From: an uncultured Verrucomicrobiota bacterium
GTDB taxonomy: Bacteria > Verrucomicrobiota > Kiritimatiellia > CAIQIC01 > Lenti-01
NCBI GenBank assembly: GCA_937860055.1
Contig: CALMBO010000029.1
Span: forward strand, 425,372-489,371
DNA: 64,000 nt
Direction: 5' to 3'
In this document: piece after piece, positions 37,083-46,969 of the stretch
How the letters are laid out: each line of letters starts with the position of its first letter
Position numbering within the stretch: position 1 is the first letter of the stretch
The notes under the pieces: model-generated
What the model saw: the letters and a program-made list of their open reading frames with translations, nothing else
The model's database searches: none
Told to the model about the DNA's origin: nothing
Program-made: the position numbers and the translations under genes

Positions 37083-38453
37083 CTACGGGGCCGGCGGCGG
37101 CAGCGCCGCCGCGGCTTCCTCCAGCACCTTCACCCGCGCCGCAACCTCCGCCGAACGGGGATCGGACGGGAACCGGCGCTCGAAATCGCGATAGGTCGCC
37201 GTCCCCTTGCCGGTCATCCCCAGCTTCTCCCCGTACGTCCCCGCCAGCTCCCACAGCGCATCGGCGTTCCCCGCCTCGAGCTGCACCAGCTTGCGCAGCG
37301 AAACAACCGTGGTGTCGTACTCCTCCAGCGCGGAGGACGCCCGCGCCAGGTTCAGCAGCACCATCGGGTTCTCCGGATCGAGCGCCTGCGCCTTCATCAG
37401 CGCGGCCTGCGCCTCGCGCGGCTGGTTCTGCCGCATCCAATGCTCGCCCGCCTCCAGCTGCACCGCCGCGCGGTCGCCGAACACCTCCAGCGCGCGCCGC
37501 AGGATCTCGCCGGCCTGCGCCGGGTCGCCGCCCTCGCGCGACAGCTCCAGCGCCCGCAGCGCCTGCGTGTACGCCGCCTCCCGGTCGCCCGCCTCCAGCG
37601 CCTCCTGCGCCTGCGTCCACCATACGCCCGCCGTCATCTTCGGCTGCGCCGGCGCCTGAGCCTGGAACGAGGTCTGTTCGATCGCCTGCCCCCCGATGCG
37701 CCGGGAAGCCGCCTCCGCCCGCCCCCCCTGCGGCGCCGCCGCCAGATACTGGCGGAAATACTCGCGCGCCTGCTCCTCGTGCCCCTGCGTCTGCGCGTGC
37801 ACCACGCCCAGGTTGTAGAGCGCCGCCGGATAGTCCTTGCTCATCTCCAGCGCCTGCATGAAGAACGTCTCCGCCTGCGCCAGGTTCCCCTCCAGCAGCG
37901 CGATGCGCCCCAGCCCCGCCGCCGCCTCCGCCGACTGCGGCGCCCGCTTCTGCGCCTCGAAATACATCCGCTTCGCCAGGTCCCAGCGCCCGTTCCGCGT
38001 CGTCCAGTCGCCGATCCGCAGCAGCGCCCGCGTGTCCTCCAGGTCGAGATCCGCCGCCCGCCGCAGCAGCGAGATGCCGCGCGACATGTCGCCGAGATCC
38101 AGCGAGAGGCACCCGAGGTTGTACACCGGCTCGAACGCCGCCGGATCCAGCCTCGACGCGCCCTCGAAGTTCGCCGCCGCCTCCGCCGTTTGCCCCAGCT
38201 CCCAGTTCGCCAGCCCCAGCCAATTCTGCGCCTCGGCCGCAAAGGCCCCCTCCGGAGCGCGCTCCAGCGCCGATTCCAGCCGCGCCCGGCCTTTCGCCAG
38301 CTCGCCCTTCTTCAGCAGCGACAGCCCCGCCTCGTAGTCCTTCTCCGGCGTCGCCTTCCCGCAGCCCGCCAGCAGCAGCGCCGCCAGGGCCAGCGCCATC
38401 CCGGCCGCCGCCGGCCCCTGAACCCGGAACCCTGACCCCTGAACTCTCATCAT
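37083..38453 (-). CDS. TPR-repeat lipoprotein
   Basis: Lipobox LLAGC; multiple TPRs (YNLG..., A...LG). Start is 38453/38450 or the downstream ATG of MALAL. Confidence 0.85.
   Translation of the reverse strand: MMRVQGSGFRVQGPAAAGMALALAALLLAGCGKATPEKDYEAGLSLLKKGELAKGRARLESALERAPEGAFAAEAQNWLGLANWELGQTAEAAANFEGASRLDPAAFEPVYNLGCLSLDLGDMSRGISLLRRAADLDLEDTRALLRIGDWTTRNGRWDLAKRMYFEAQKRAPQSAEAAAGLGRIALLEGNLAQAETFFMQALEMSKDYPAALYNLGVVHAQTQGHEEQAREYFRQYLAAAPQGGRAEAASRRIGGQAIEQTSFQAQAPAQPKMTAGVWWTQAQEALEAGDREAAYTQALRALELSREGGDPAQAGEILRRALEVFGDRAAVQLEAGEHWMRQNQPREAQAALMKAQALDPENPMVLLNLARASSALEEYDTTVVSLRKLVQLEAGNADALWELAGTYGEKLGMTGKGTATYRDFERRFPSDPRSAEVAARVKVLEEAAAALPPPAP
38416..38447. repeat. Degenerate heptamer tandem repeat (CCCTGAA-like)
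   Basis: CCCTGAA-CCCGGAA-CCCTGAC-CCCTGAA-CTCT; encodes RVQGSGFRVQG on the minus strand. Confidence 0.65.
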
Positions 38454-38848
38454 GCCTCCTTGACCGGCGTCAGCCACAGCTCCCGCGCGCGCGGCCCGTC
38501 GAATTCGCACAGGAAAATCCCCTGCCAGGTCCCCATCGCCAGCCGTCCTCCCCGCACCGGCACCCAGGCCGAAACGCCCACCAGCGCCGTCTGGATGTGC
38601 GCCGCCGAATTGCCCTCCGCGTGCGCATAGCCCGCGCTCCACGGCACCAGCTTCGACAGCGCCTGCTCCATGTCCGCCGCCACGTCCGGATCCGCCTGCT
38701 CGTTCACGGTCACCCCCGCCGTCGTGTGCGGTGAATGCACGTGCAACAGGCCGTCCCATGCCGGCAGCTTCGCCAGGGCGGCCTGGATCGCCCGTGTCAC
38801 GGGCACGAGTTCCGTCCGCCGGGAAGTTGTGATGGATATTTTGACCAT
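38450..38848 (-). CDS. yjbQ: YjbQ/UPF0047 family protein
   Basis: HTTAGVTVNE.ADPDV, H.EGNSAAH, GTWQGIFLCEFDGPR. Confidence 0.93.
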   Translation of the reverse strand: MVKISITTSRRTELVPVTRAIQAALAKLPAWDGLLHVHSPHTTAGVTVNEQADPDVAADMEQALSKLVPWSAGYAHAEGNSAAHIQTALVGVSAWVPVRGGRLAMGTWQGIFLCEFDGPRARELWLTPVKEA

Positions 38849-38932
38849 GTCCCGATACTATACGCATTGTTTCGGATTGCGGAAAGTGAAACCTGCGCCT
38901 CCATCCTGTTTCCCCCTGCGCCGGGAGAGCCC

Positions 38933-40177
38933 ATGACGTCGCTCCTCCTGGTGGTCTTGTTCCTGCTGCTGCTGGCCGGCTCCGCCTTCTGCTCCAGCGC
39001 GGAAACGGCTTATTTTTCCATCGACCCCATCCAGCTCCGCCGCATCGCCGAGAAACGCCCCGCCACCGGCGAACGCCTCCGCGCCCTCCTCGCCAACCCC
39101 ACCCGCCTGCTCTCCACCATCCTCATCGGCAACACCCTCGTCAACCTCGCCCTCGCCAACGTCGGCTATCTCCTCGCCGAACGCTGGATCCCCGCCTACG
39201 CGGAGGCCGTCGCCATCCCCGCCGTGACCCTCCTGCTGATCTTCTTCGGCGAGGTCGGCCCCAAGAACATCGGCCTGCTCTACACCTCCGTCCTCGTCCG
39301 CCTCTATGGCCCCCCCCTTCGCTTCGCCGAGCGTCTCCTCTTCCCTCTCCGTTTCGTGCTCGACCTCGTCAGCCGCCGCCTTGTCCACCTCTTCCGCCCC
39401 ATGGGCAAAACCCTCTCCGAGGAGGAATTCGAGACCGTCCTCGACATCTCCCGCGAGGAGGGCATCCTCAACGCCGACGAACTCGCCATGATCAAGGCCA
39501 TCGTCGACCTCGAGGACCTCCACGCCTCCGACGTCATGACCCCCCGCGTCGATTTCATCGGCATCGACCTCGGCGATCCCTCCGTGAACGCTGTCGAGAC
39601 CGCCCGCAAGGCGCGGCGCAACTTCCTCATCCTCTACCGCGGCCAGTTCGACGAAATCGCCGGCTTCCTCGACGTCCGCAAGTTCCTCCTCGATCCCGCC
39701 CACTCCCTCCCCGCCGCCACCCTCCCCCCTGTCTTCGTCCCCGAAAGCATCCACCTCAACCGCCTCCTCGTCCGCTTCCAGAAGGACAAGATCCGCATCG
39801 CCGTCGTCGTCGATGAATACGGCGGCGCCGCCGGCGTCGTCACCCGCGGCGACATCCTCGAGGAAATCACCGGCGACATCTACAACGAGCTCTCCAAGCC
39901 CCGCCCCATCTTCCAGTCCGCCGGCCCCTACGCCTGGCTCGTCGACGCCAACATCTCCCTCGAGGAAATCAACCGCAAGCTCCGCCTCGACCTCCAGGCC
40001 CAGACCTCCGACCGCCTCGCCGGCTGGATCACCGAGCACCTCGGCAGCGTCCCCAAGCAGGACGACGTCGTCCAGACCCAGGGCGTCCGCGTCCGCGTCA
40101 TGCAGACTATCCGCCTCCGCGTCACCCTCGCCCACATCGAGAAGCTCGACGCCCTCCGGACCGGAGGCCCCGCATGA
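38933..40177 (+). CDS. HlyC/CorC (CNNM-CBS-CorC) transporter
   Basis: SAFCSSAETA, TILIGN, GEVGPK, VMTPR, VVDEYGG and a CorC C-terminal domain. Confidence 0.92.
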   Translation: MTSLLLVVLFLLLLAGSAFCSSAETAYFSIDPIQLRRIAEKRPATGERLRALLANPTRLLSTILIGNTLVNLALANVGYLLAERWIPAYAEAVAIPAVTLLLIFFGEVGPKNIGLLYTSVLVRLYGPPLRFAERLLFPLRFVLDLVSRRLVHLFRPMGKTLSEEEFETVLDISREEGILNADELAMIKAIVDLEDLHASDVMTPRVDFIGIDLGDPSVNAVETARKARRNFLILYRGQFDEIAGFLDVRKFLLDPAHSLPAATLPPVFVPESIHLNRLLVRFQKDKIRIAVVVDEYGGAAGVVTRGDILEEITGDIYNELSKPRPIFQSAGPYAWLVDANISLEEINRKLRLDLQAQTSDRLAGWITEHLGSVPKQDDVVQTQGVRVRVMQTIRLRVTLAHIEKLDALRTGGPA

Positions 40178-41142
40178 TGACGCTCGAACTCGTCCTGCTG
40201 CTCCTCTGCCTCGTCGGCGCCGCCTTCTTCGCCGGCATCGAGACCGGCATCATCTCCATCAACCGCCTCCGCCTCCAGCACCTCGTCCGCCGCCAGGTCC
40301 CCGGCGCCAAGACCATCCGCCACTTCCTCACCCACTCCGACCTCCTCCTCGGCACCACCCTCATCGGCACCAACCTCCTCCACGTCGTCAGCGCCGTGCT
40401 CGCCGCCTCCATCGGCCAGCGCCTGGCCGGCGCCGCCGGCGCGACCGCCGCCGGCGTCGTCATGCTCTTCGTCACCCTCGTGCTCTGCGAATACATCCCC
40501 AAGGCCTGGTTCCAGGCCGCCCCCGCCCGCCGCACCATCCCCCTCGCCGCCATCCTGCGCACCGCCTCCTGGATCCTCCTGCCCTTCACCTTCCTCGTCA
40601 ACCTCGTCGTCCGCTGGACCCTCCCCCGCCGCGACGCCAAGGAGGTCGAGGACAAAATGCTCGTCTCCCGCGAAGAACTCCTCCACCTCGCCCGCGAAGG
40701 CGAACAGTCCGGCGTCCTCACCAAGCACGAGTCCGAAATGATCCACGGTGTCTTCGAACTCACCCACAAAACCTGCGACGCCCTCATGACCCCCCGCGAC
40801 AAGATGGCTTTCGTCCCCGTCACCGCCACCCCCGACGAGATCCTTGCCCTCGCCCGCACCCGCGAATTCAACCGCCTTCCCGTCTACGACCCCTCCCAGA
40901 AATCCTTCGCCGGCGTCGTCCATATCTTCGACATCCTTGCCGACGACGCCCCCGCCGGAAAGACCGCCGCCGACTACATGCGCCCCCCCCAGCTCGTCGC
41001 CTCCTACCTTCCCGTCGACCACCTCCTCCCCCGCATGCGCGTCACCCGCCTCCCCCTCTTCCTCGTCACCGACGACCGCTACGAGGTCATCGGCCTCATC
41101 ACCCTCGAAGACGTCCTCCGCGAAGTCACTGGCGAGGATTGA
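40174..41142 (+). CDS. CNNM-CBS domain protein lacking the CorC domain
   Basis: FFAGIETG, LIGTN, EYIPK, LMTPR, ITLEDVL. ATGA overlap with the previous gene. Confidence 0.9.
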   Translation: MMTLELVLLLLCLVGAAFFAGIETGIISINRLRLQHLVRRQVPGAKTIRHFLTHSDLLLGTTLIGTNLLHVVSAVLAASIGQRLAGAAGATAAGVVMLFVTLVLCEYIPKAWFQAAPARRTIPLAAILRTASWILLPFTFLVNLVVRWTLPRRDAKEVEDKMLVSREELLHLAREGEQSGVLTKHESEMIHGVFELTHKTCDALMTPRDKMAFVPVTATPDEILALARTREFNRLPVYDPSQKSFAGVVHIFDILADDAPAGKTAADYMRPPQLVASYLPVDHLLPRMRVTRLPLFLVTDDRYEVIGLITLEDVLREVTGED

Positions 41143-41146
41143 AAAT

Positions 41147-41254
41147 AGGGGGAAGGGTTCGGGATTCTGGGGGCAGGGCACGATCCATCTGTCGATCCCG
41201 CCTGTCCGATCGAACCCGTTTTCCCTGCCCCCCTGAACTCTGAACCCTTCCCCT
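41147..41254. repeat. Imperfect inverted repeat with about 30-bp arms (MITE/REP-like)
   Basis: Left arm GGGGAAGGGTTCGGGATTCTGGGGGCAGGG; right arm CCCTGCCCCCCTGAACTCTGAACCCTTCCCC; about 44-bp spacer. Confidence 0.75.
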
Positions 41255-41312
41255 CCCTTCCCCCTCTTCTCCCTCCTTGCCCTCCCCGCCCCTTTCCGCT
41301 AGGTTTCCATCC

Positions 41313-42296
41313 ATGAGCGAATCCTCCCATTTGGAAAAGGCCCAGGCCGTCTTCGACGTCGAGATCGCCGCCCTGCAGCGCACCCGCGGGCGCCTCGACG
41401 GCGCCTTCGACGCCGCCGTCGACCTCCTCCAGGCCACCCTCGCCAACGGCGGCAAGATCATCGTCACCGGCGTCGGCAAGTCCTTCCACATCGGCCAGAA
41501 GATCGCCGCCACCCTCACCAGCACCGGCGCCCCCGCCAACGTCCTCCACCCCTCCGAGGCCATGCACGGAGACCTCGGGCTGCTCCAGGGCGAGGATGCC
41601 GTCCTCGCCCTCTCCTACTCCGGCGAATCCGACGAACTCGTCAACCTCCTCCCCGTCCTCAAGCGCACCGGCGTCCGCATCGTCGCCCTCACCGGCGACC
41701 TCGCCTCCACCCTCGCCCGGCATTCGGACATCGTCCTCGACGCCTCCGTCGAGCGCGAAGCCTGCCCCTTCAACCTCGTCCCCACCGCCTCCACCACCGT
41801 CGCCCTCGCCATCGGCGACGCCCTCGCCATCGCCCTCCTCGACGCCCGCGGCCTCACCCGCGAGGAATACGCCACCTTCCACCCCGGCGGCGCCATCGGC
41901 CGCGCCCTCCTCCTCAAGGTCGACGACATCATGCGCACCGGCGACCGCCTCGCCTCCGTCCCCCTCTCCGCCAGCGTCCGCGACGCCGTCATCGCCATGA
42001 CCAAGGTCCAGGCCGGCGCCGTCGCCGTCGTCGATGCCGCCCGCCGCGTCGTCGGCCTTTTCACCGATGGCGACCTCCGCCGCTATCTCGCCGGCGGCGC
42101 CACCGACGTCCAGACCCGCCCCGTCGCCGACCTCATGACGAAGAACCCCTCCTCCGTCCGCTCCGGCCGCCTCGCCGCCGACGCCCTCGCCATCTTCCAG
42201 AAACACCGCTTCGACGACCTCGTCGTCCTGAACGCCGACGGCACCCTTGCCGGCATGATCGACATCCAGGACCTGCCCAAGTTCAAGATCCTGTAA
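41313..42296 (+). CDS. kdsD: Arabinose-5-phosphate isomerase KdsD/KpsF
   Basis: TGVGKS, HPSEAMHGDLG, SYSGES, EACPFNLVPT, FHPGG and a CBS pair. Confidence 0.93.
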   Translation: MSESSHLEKAQAVFDVEIAALQRTRGRLDGAFDAAVDLLQATLANGGKIIVTGVGKSFHIGQKIAATLTSTGAPANVLHPSEAMHGDLGLLQGEDAVLALSYSGESDELVNLLPVLKRTGVRIVALTGDLASTLARHSDIVLDASVEREACPFNLVPTASTTVALAIGDALAIALLDARGLTREEYATFHPGGAIGRALLLKVDDIMRTGDRLASVPLSASVRDAVIAMTKVQAGAVAVVDAARRVVGLFTDGDLRRYLAGGATDVQTRPVADLMTKNPSSVRSGRLAADALAIFQKHRFDDLVVLNADGTLAGMIDIQDLPKFKIL

Positions 42297-42321
42297 CCCC
42301 CCCTTCCGAAAGGAGGCCCCC

Positions 42322-42738
42322 ATGAGCAACCGCCGCATCTTCATCACCCGCCAGGACCGCGAACGCCTCACCCTCATGCTGGACGAGGCCCTCGCCGGCA
42401 AGCACCGCGACGCCGCCTCCCTCAAGGAACTCTCCCGCGAACTCTCCATTGCCGAAACCGTCGACCCCAAGGCCGTCCCCCCCGATGTCGTCACCATGAA
42501 TTCCCGCGTCGTCGTCAAGGACATGGAAACCGGCGAATCCTCGGAATACACCCTCGTCTTCCCCGAACAGGCCGATGTCGAACAAGGCCGCCTCTCGGTC
42601 GTTTCCCCCATCGGCACCGCCATCCTCGGCTACGCCAAGGGCGACACCCTCGTCTGGCAGACCCCCGGCGGCTCCCGCCAGATCCGGATCGAAGATGTCC
42701 TCTACCAGCCCGAAGCCGCCGGCGATTACCATCTCTAG
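42322..42738 (+). CDS. rnk: Nucleoside diphosphate kinase regulator (GreA/GreB family)
   Basis: DVVTMNSRV, TLVFP, SVVSPIGTAILG, YQPEAAG. Confidence 0.92.
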   Translation: MSNRRIFITRQDRERLTLMLDEALAGKHRDAASLKELSRELSIAETVDPKAVPPDVVTMNSRVVVKDMETGESSEYTLVFPEQADVEQGRLSVVSPIGTAILGYAKGDTLVWQTPGGSRQIRIEDVLYQPEAAGDYHL

Positions 42739-42739
42739 C

Positions 42740-43747
42740 ATGCCCTCCCTCGTCATCAATTCCTCCCCCCCCGTCGAGGTCCCCGCCGGCATTTCCCTCC
42801 TCGAAGCCTGCGCCTCCCATGGCATCCTCCTCCCCTCGGCCTGCGGCGGACGCGGCTTCTGCGGCCGCTGCGCCGTCGAGGTCGTCTCCGGCGACCTCGC
42901 GCCTCCCACCCTGGCGGAGGAAAACAAGATCCTCGGCGAAGACCGCGCCAAGGGTCTGCGCCTCGCTTGCCAGGCCCGCATCCGGGGCGACGTCGAGATC
43001 CGCCTCGCCCCCGAAATCCTCGCCGTCCGCCGGCACACCGGCAAGCTCGTCGCCAAGACCCTCGTCACCGCCGATATCGCCCACCTCCGCATCGCCGTGG
43101 ACGAGAAGCCCCCCTTCTCCTTCCGCGCGGGCCAGTACATCCAGTTCGAAGCCCCCGTCGCCCCTCCCCCCGCCAAGCCCCTCCTGCGCGCCTACTCCAT
43201 GGCCGTCGCCCCTTCCGATCCCCTCCATATCGAGCTGATGGTCCGCCAGGTCCCCAATGGCACCTGCTCCACCTGGATCCACCAGAATCTCCAGCCCGGC
43301 CAGCCCGTCGCCTTCCGCGGCCCCTTCGGCGATTTCCATCTCTCCGGCACGCGGGCCCCCCTGGTCGGCATCGCCGGCAGCTCCGGCATGGCCCCCCTCC
43401 GCTCCATCTTCCAGGACATGCTGTTCCGCGGCATCCAGCGGCCCGCGCGGTTTTTCTTCGGCGCCCGCACCCGGCAGGACCTGTTCCTGCTCGACGAATG
43501 GGCCGGATTCGAAAAGAAGGCCCCGTGGTTCGAGTTCATCCCCGTCCTCTCCCATGAACCCGCGAATTCCCCCTGGAAGGGCGAGCGCGGCCTCGTCACC
43601 GACGCCGTCGCCCGGCGCCTCCCCGATCTGACCGGCCAGGAAGCCTATCTCTGCGGTTCCCCCGGCATGATCGATGCCGCCATGGCGGTCCTCACCGCCC
43701 GCGGCATGCCCCACGAACACATCTTCTTCGACCGCTTCAGCGTCTAG
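42740..43747 (+). CDS. 2Fe-2S ferredoxin / FAD-NAD(P) oxidoreductase (NqrF-like soluble reductase)
   Basis: CGGRGFCGRC...RLAC, RAYS, GPFGDF, AGSSGMAP, YLCGSPGMI, FFDRF. Confidence 0.88.
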   Translation: MPSLVINSSPPVEVPAGISLLEACASHGILLPSACGGRGFCGRCAVEVVSGDLAPPTLAEENKILGEDRAKGLRLACQARIRGDVEIRLAPEILAVRRHTGKLVAKTLVTADIAHLRIAVDEKPPFSFRAGQYIQFEAPVAPPPAKPLLRAYSMAVAPSDPLHIELMVRQVPNGTCSTWIHQNLQPGQPVAFRGPFGDFHLSGTRAPLVGIAGSSGMAPLRSIFQDMLFRGIQRPARFFFGARTRQDLFLLDEWAGFEKKAPWFEFIPVLSHEPANSPWKGERGLVTDAVARRLPDLTGQEAYLCGSPGMIDAAMAVLTARGMPHEHIFFDRFSV

Positions 43748-43801
43748 GGCGGGTTCCGGTTTTCTCCCGTCGGCCCTCCGTCGCCGGCCGGACGCCCTCT
43801 C

Positions 43802-43839
43802 AAAAGCAAATCGCCGGCCCCGCGAACGGGACCGGCGAT
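43802..43839 (-). terminator. Intrinsic terminator of the 990-aa surface protein gene
   Basis: ATCGCCGG...CCGGCGAT stem followed by TTGCTTTT on the minus strand. Confidence 0.6.
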
Positions 43840-43860
43840 CTGGCGCGGCGGTTCCGCCGC

Positions 43861-46833
43861 CTACGGGGAGGTCAATCCGATGCGGATGATCTTGCGCGAG
43901 CCGGAAACCGTCGTGATTGTGACGTTCGAGCCGCTCACCGTGTAGTGCACGCCCGCCGTCAGGTTCGAGAAGACCAGGGCCGCCCCCGTCACCACCGTGT
44001 CCGCCCCGTACACCGTTCCGAGCGAGTAGCCGCCCGGCACGGTGAAGAGGAAGTTGCCGGTGCCGTTCAGCGCCAGCGTCACGGGCGGAATGTCCACGTC
44101 CGCCGGCGCCGACACCGAAGGCGTCACGCTGTTGCTCGCGATGGGCAGCGCGCCGGCATCCAGCGCCGTCGCCGACAGGAAATAGGTGCCCGCCGTCGCC
44201 GGCGTGAAAGAGAACGCGCCGGTTCCCGAATCCCAGTTGTAGATCACGTCGGCGTCCGCCGGATCCTTCAGGACAAAGGCCCAGCTCGACGCCGTGCCGT
44301 TCTGCAGCGTGATCGTGTAGTTCATCTGCACGCCCACCGTGCCCGTCGTGTCGCCCACGATGGACACCGACGGGACAACCGCCCCTTCGGGATGGACGCC
44401 CGGCGTCATGTCTTCCGTGTTGGCCACGGCCGGAATCGTCCATTCCGAAGCCGTCCACGTCGGGTTGCCCTGGAAAACGCCGTTGTTCCGGAACGCACGG
44501 CGATCGGTATACTCCCAGGCCATTCCCGTGCCGTCCTGGCCGATCACGCCGTGCGCATCCTCCAGGATGCCGCTCACGCTGTTGCCGCCGCTGAAGAGGA
44601 AGTAGCCGTCATCGCCGTTCCCGTCCACCGTGCCGCTGGTATGGTTCGGCGCGGGGGACGTCGGATACGCCGTCGCGAAGTTCGTGCTGCCGGCGATCAC
44701 GTAGGTCGAACCGGCCGCCACCGTGCCCGTCAGCGCGATGTTGCCCCACGTGGTGCCGTTGATCTGGCGCGCCAGATACCAGCTTCCCGCCGTCAGGTCG
44801 ATGCTGGAAACTCCCGCGTTGTAAAGCTCGACAAAGCGCCCGCCCGTCGCGTTGTTGCTCGGGTCGGCCACCTCGGAAATGATCAGGACGCTGGGCTCGT
44901 GGTACACGAACTCCACCGTCACCGTCACCGGCGAGGCCGGCATGACGAACGTGTTCCCGACCACCGGCGCCGGCGTCATCGTCTCGTCCAGCACTGTGAT
45001 CGTGCTGACCAGGTAGCTGGCATCCGGAGTGGCGGTGATGGCAACCGTCGTCCCTTCGATGGCCTGTCCCGCCGGCGTTGTCGACACCGTGCCGTTTGTC
45101 GGCGTCGTGATCGTGATCGCATAGGGCGTTTTCACGCTGAAGTTGATCGAATTCGTCACGCTCGCCGCGGTGCCGTCCGTCGCCACCACCGTCGCCGAAT
45201 AATCGCCCGCCGGCGCCGTCGCCAGGATCGTGAATACGTTGTCCACCGCCGTGTAGTACGACCCGCCCAGCGTGCTGCTCCAGGAATAGCCGTAGGGCTC
45301 CGTCCCGTTCGCCGCCGTCGCCGTGATGGCCTCGCTCACCCCCTGCGTCACGGCGAACCCGCCCGTCCTGTCGAAGGTCACGTTGAACGTCGCCGCGCCG
45401 AACCAGATCCCGATGTCGTCGATGTTCACCCGGTCGCCGTCGCCGGTGAGCGTCAGGAACTGGACATAGGTCATGTTCGCCGGAATGGTGTCGATGACGC
45501 CCTCCATCAACGTCGCGCCGCTAGGATCGTAGGCGGCTTCGCCCACGTCGGTCCACGACACGCCATCCTGGCTGACCTGCACCTTGAAAGTTGTCGTGTT
45601 GTCCGTGCCGTAGTCGGCATACAGGAAGCTGATCTTGCTGATGGGCTGGGCAAACGCCTCGGCCGTGGCGATATAACCGGCGTTGGTGCTCAGGTAGCGG
45701 ATGCGGACCGAGGCCGCCCCGTTCTTCGGATCGCTGGTGGTCGTCCCCCGCAGCGCACCGTCGTGCCGCATCAGGACGCCGCTGACCGTCGAAGTGCCGG
45801 GAGCATAGCTGCTCAGGCCCGTCACGGTTTCGAAATCGATCAGGGTGTCGGGCGCCACGTAGACTTCGAACAAAACCGTCACCGTGACGGCCGAGGCCGG
45901 CATGGTGAAAGTGTTGCCCGTCAGCGCCACCGGATTCAATCCCTCGTCCAGCACCGTGATGCTGGCCACGCGGTACCCCGAGTCCGGCGTCGCCGTGATC
46001 GTCACGGTTTGGCCTTCGATGGCCTGGGTTGGCGGATCGGTCGTCACCGTGCCGTTCGTCGGCGCCGTGACCGTGATCGCATAGACAGGCACCACGTTGA
46101 ACGTGATGGCGTTGGTCACGCTCCGGGCGGCGCCATCCGTGGCCACCACCGTCGTCGTGTAGGCGCCCACCGGCGCGGCCGAGCTGATGTTGAACATGTT
46201 GTCGTTGGTCGCGTAGTAGCTGGAATCCAGCGTGCTGCTCCACGCAAAGCTGTAGGGTTCCGTCCCGTTCAATGCCGTCGCCGTGATCGCCGTGGCGGAG
46301 CCTTCAGGCACCAGGAATCCATCGGTCCGGTCAAACGTCACAAGGAAATCGGTCGCGCCGGCGGTGATTTGCACGCCATCCACGCCGACATTGCCGGCAA
46401 CCTTGGTCACGTAGTTGAACCGTACATAGCGCGACGCGTTCTTCAGGACATTCGTCACCGGTGCGGCCGTGGTGGGGATGCCGCTGCCGTTGTAGGCCGC
46501 CACGTCGGTCCAGCTCGCGCCATCCGTGGATTCCTCCACCTTGAAGACATAGGCGCCGCTGAGTGTGTTTGCCCGGAGCCAATACGAAACCTCGCCGGGC
46601 GCGCTGTCGAAGTTGATGGTCAGGATGTCCCCCGTCGTGTCGAATTTGGCCGCGCCGCCGCCAACGCCGTCATAACTGGTCGCATAGTCCGTTCCCAAAC
46701 CCGACTGCGTCCATCCCGTCGGCAGGAAGCTGTTCGTCCAAGGCCCCGACCAGCTGGTGGGAAGCGTCGCCTGCCCCATCGCCGTCGCCGCCAACATCCC
46801 GACACACGCCAACCCAACCAACCACTTTTTCAT
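43861..46833 (-). CDS. Secreted surface protein with jelly-roll-like modules, duplicated InlB-B-like repeats and a lamin-tail-like domain
   Basis: Signal peptide; two copies of FDRT.GF...GTEPY..WSSTL...YAIT.T.PTNGTV...ITATPD..Y...F.MPAS.VTV; LIISEV....FVELYN. Confidence 0.85.
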   Translation of the reverse strand: MKKWLVGLACVGMLAATAMGQATLPTSWSGPWTNSFLPTGWTQSGLGTDYATSYDGVGGGAAKFDTTGDILTINFDSAPGEVSYWLRANTLSGAYVFKVEESTDGASWTDVAAYNGSGIPTTAAPVTNVLKNASRYVRFNYVTKVAGNVGVDGVQITAGATDFLVTFDRTDGFLVPEGSATAITATALNGTEPYSFAWSSTLDSSYYATNDNMFNISSAAPVGAYTTTVVATDGAARSVTNAITFNVVPVYAITVTAPTNGTVTTDPPTQAIEGQTVTITATPDSGYRVASITVLDEGLNPVALTGNTFTMPASAVTVTVLFEVYVAPDTLIDFETVTGLSSYAPGTSTVSGVLMRHDGALRGTTTSDPKNGAASVRIRYLSTNAGYIATAEAFAQPISKISFLYADYGTDNTTTFKVQVSQDGVSWTDVGEAAYDPSGATLMEGVIDTIPANMTYVQFLTLTGDGDRVNIDDIGIWFGAATFNVTFDRTGGFAVTQGVSEAITATAANGTEPYGYSWSSTLGGSYYTAVDNVFTILATAPAGDYSATVVATDGTAASVTNSINFSVKTPYAITITTPTNGTVSTTPAGQAIEGTTVAITATPDASYLVSTITVLDETMTPAPVVGNTFVMPASPVTVTVEFVYHEPSVLIISEVADPSNNATGGRFVELYNAGVSSIDLTAGSWYLARQINGTTWGNIALTGTVAAGSTYVIAGSTNFATAYPTSPAPNHTSGTVDGNGDDGYFLFSGGNSVSGILEDAHGVIGQDGTGMAWEYTDRRAFRNNGVFQGNPTWTASEWTIPAVANTEDMTPGVHPEGAVVPSVSIVGDTTGTVGVQMNYTITLQNGTASSWAFVLKDPADADVIYNWDSGTGAFSFTPATAGTYFLSATALDAGALPIASNSVTPSVSAPADVDIPPVTLALNGTGNFLFTVPGGYSLGTVYGADTVVTGAALVFSNLTAGVHYTVSGSNVTITTVSGSRKIIRIGLTSP

Positions 46834-46969
46834 ACCCGTTTCCTCCTGAATACACGGACTCTGACAGTTATTGTTTAAAATACATTATGCGCCGCAACCG
46901 CGCCAAGGGATTTCCACCCTTTCAGGTAAATCGTTTTCTTTTCCGGAAACGCGCGCGGCCCAAGGCCCG

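Noticed and set aside
42740-43747. Na+-NQR subunit F
   Set aside because: No N-terminal TM anchor and no nqrA-E in the window.
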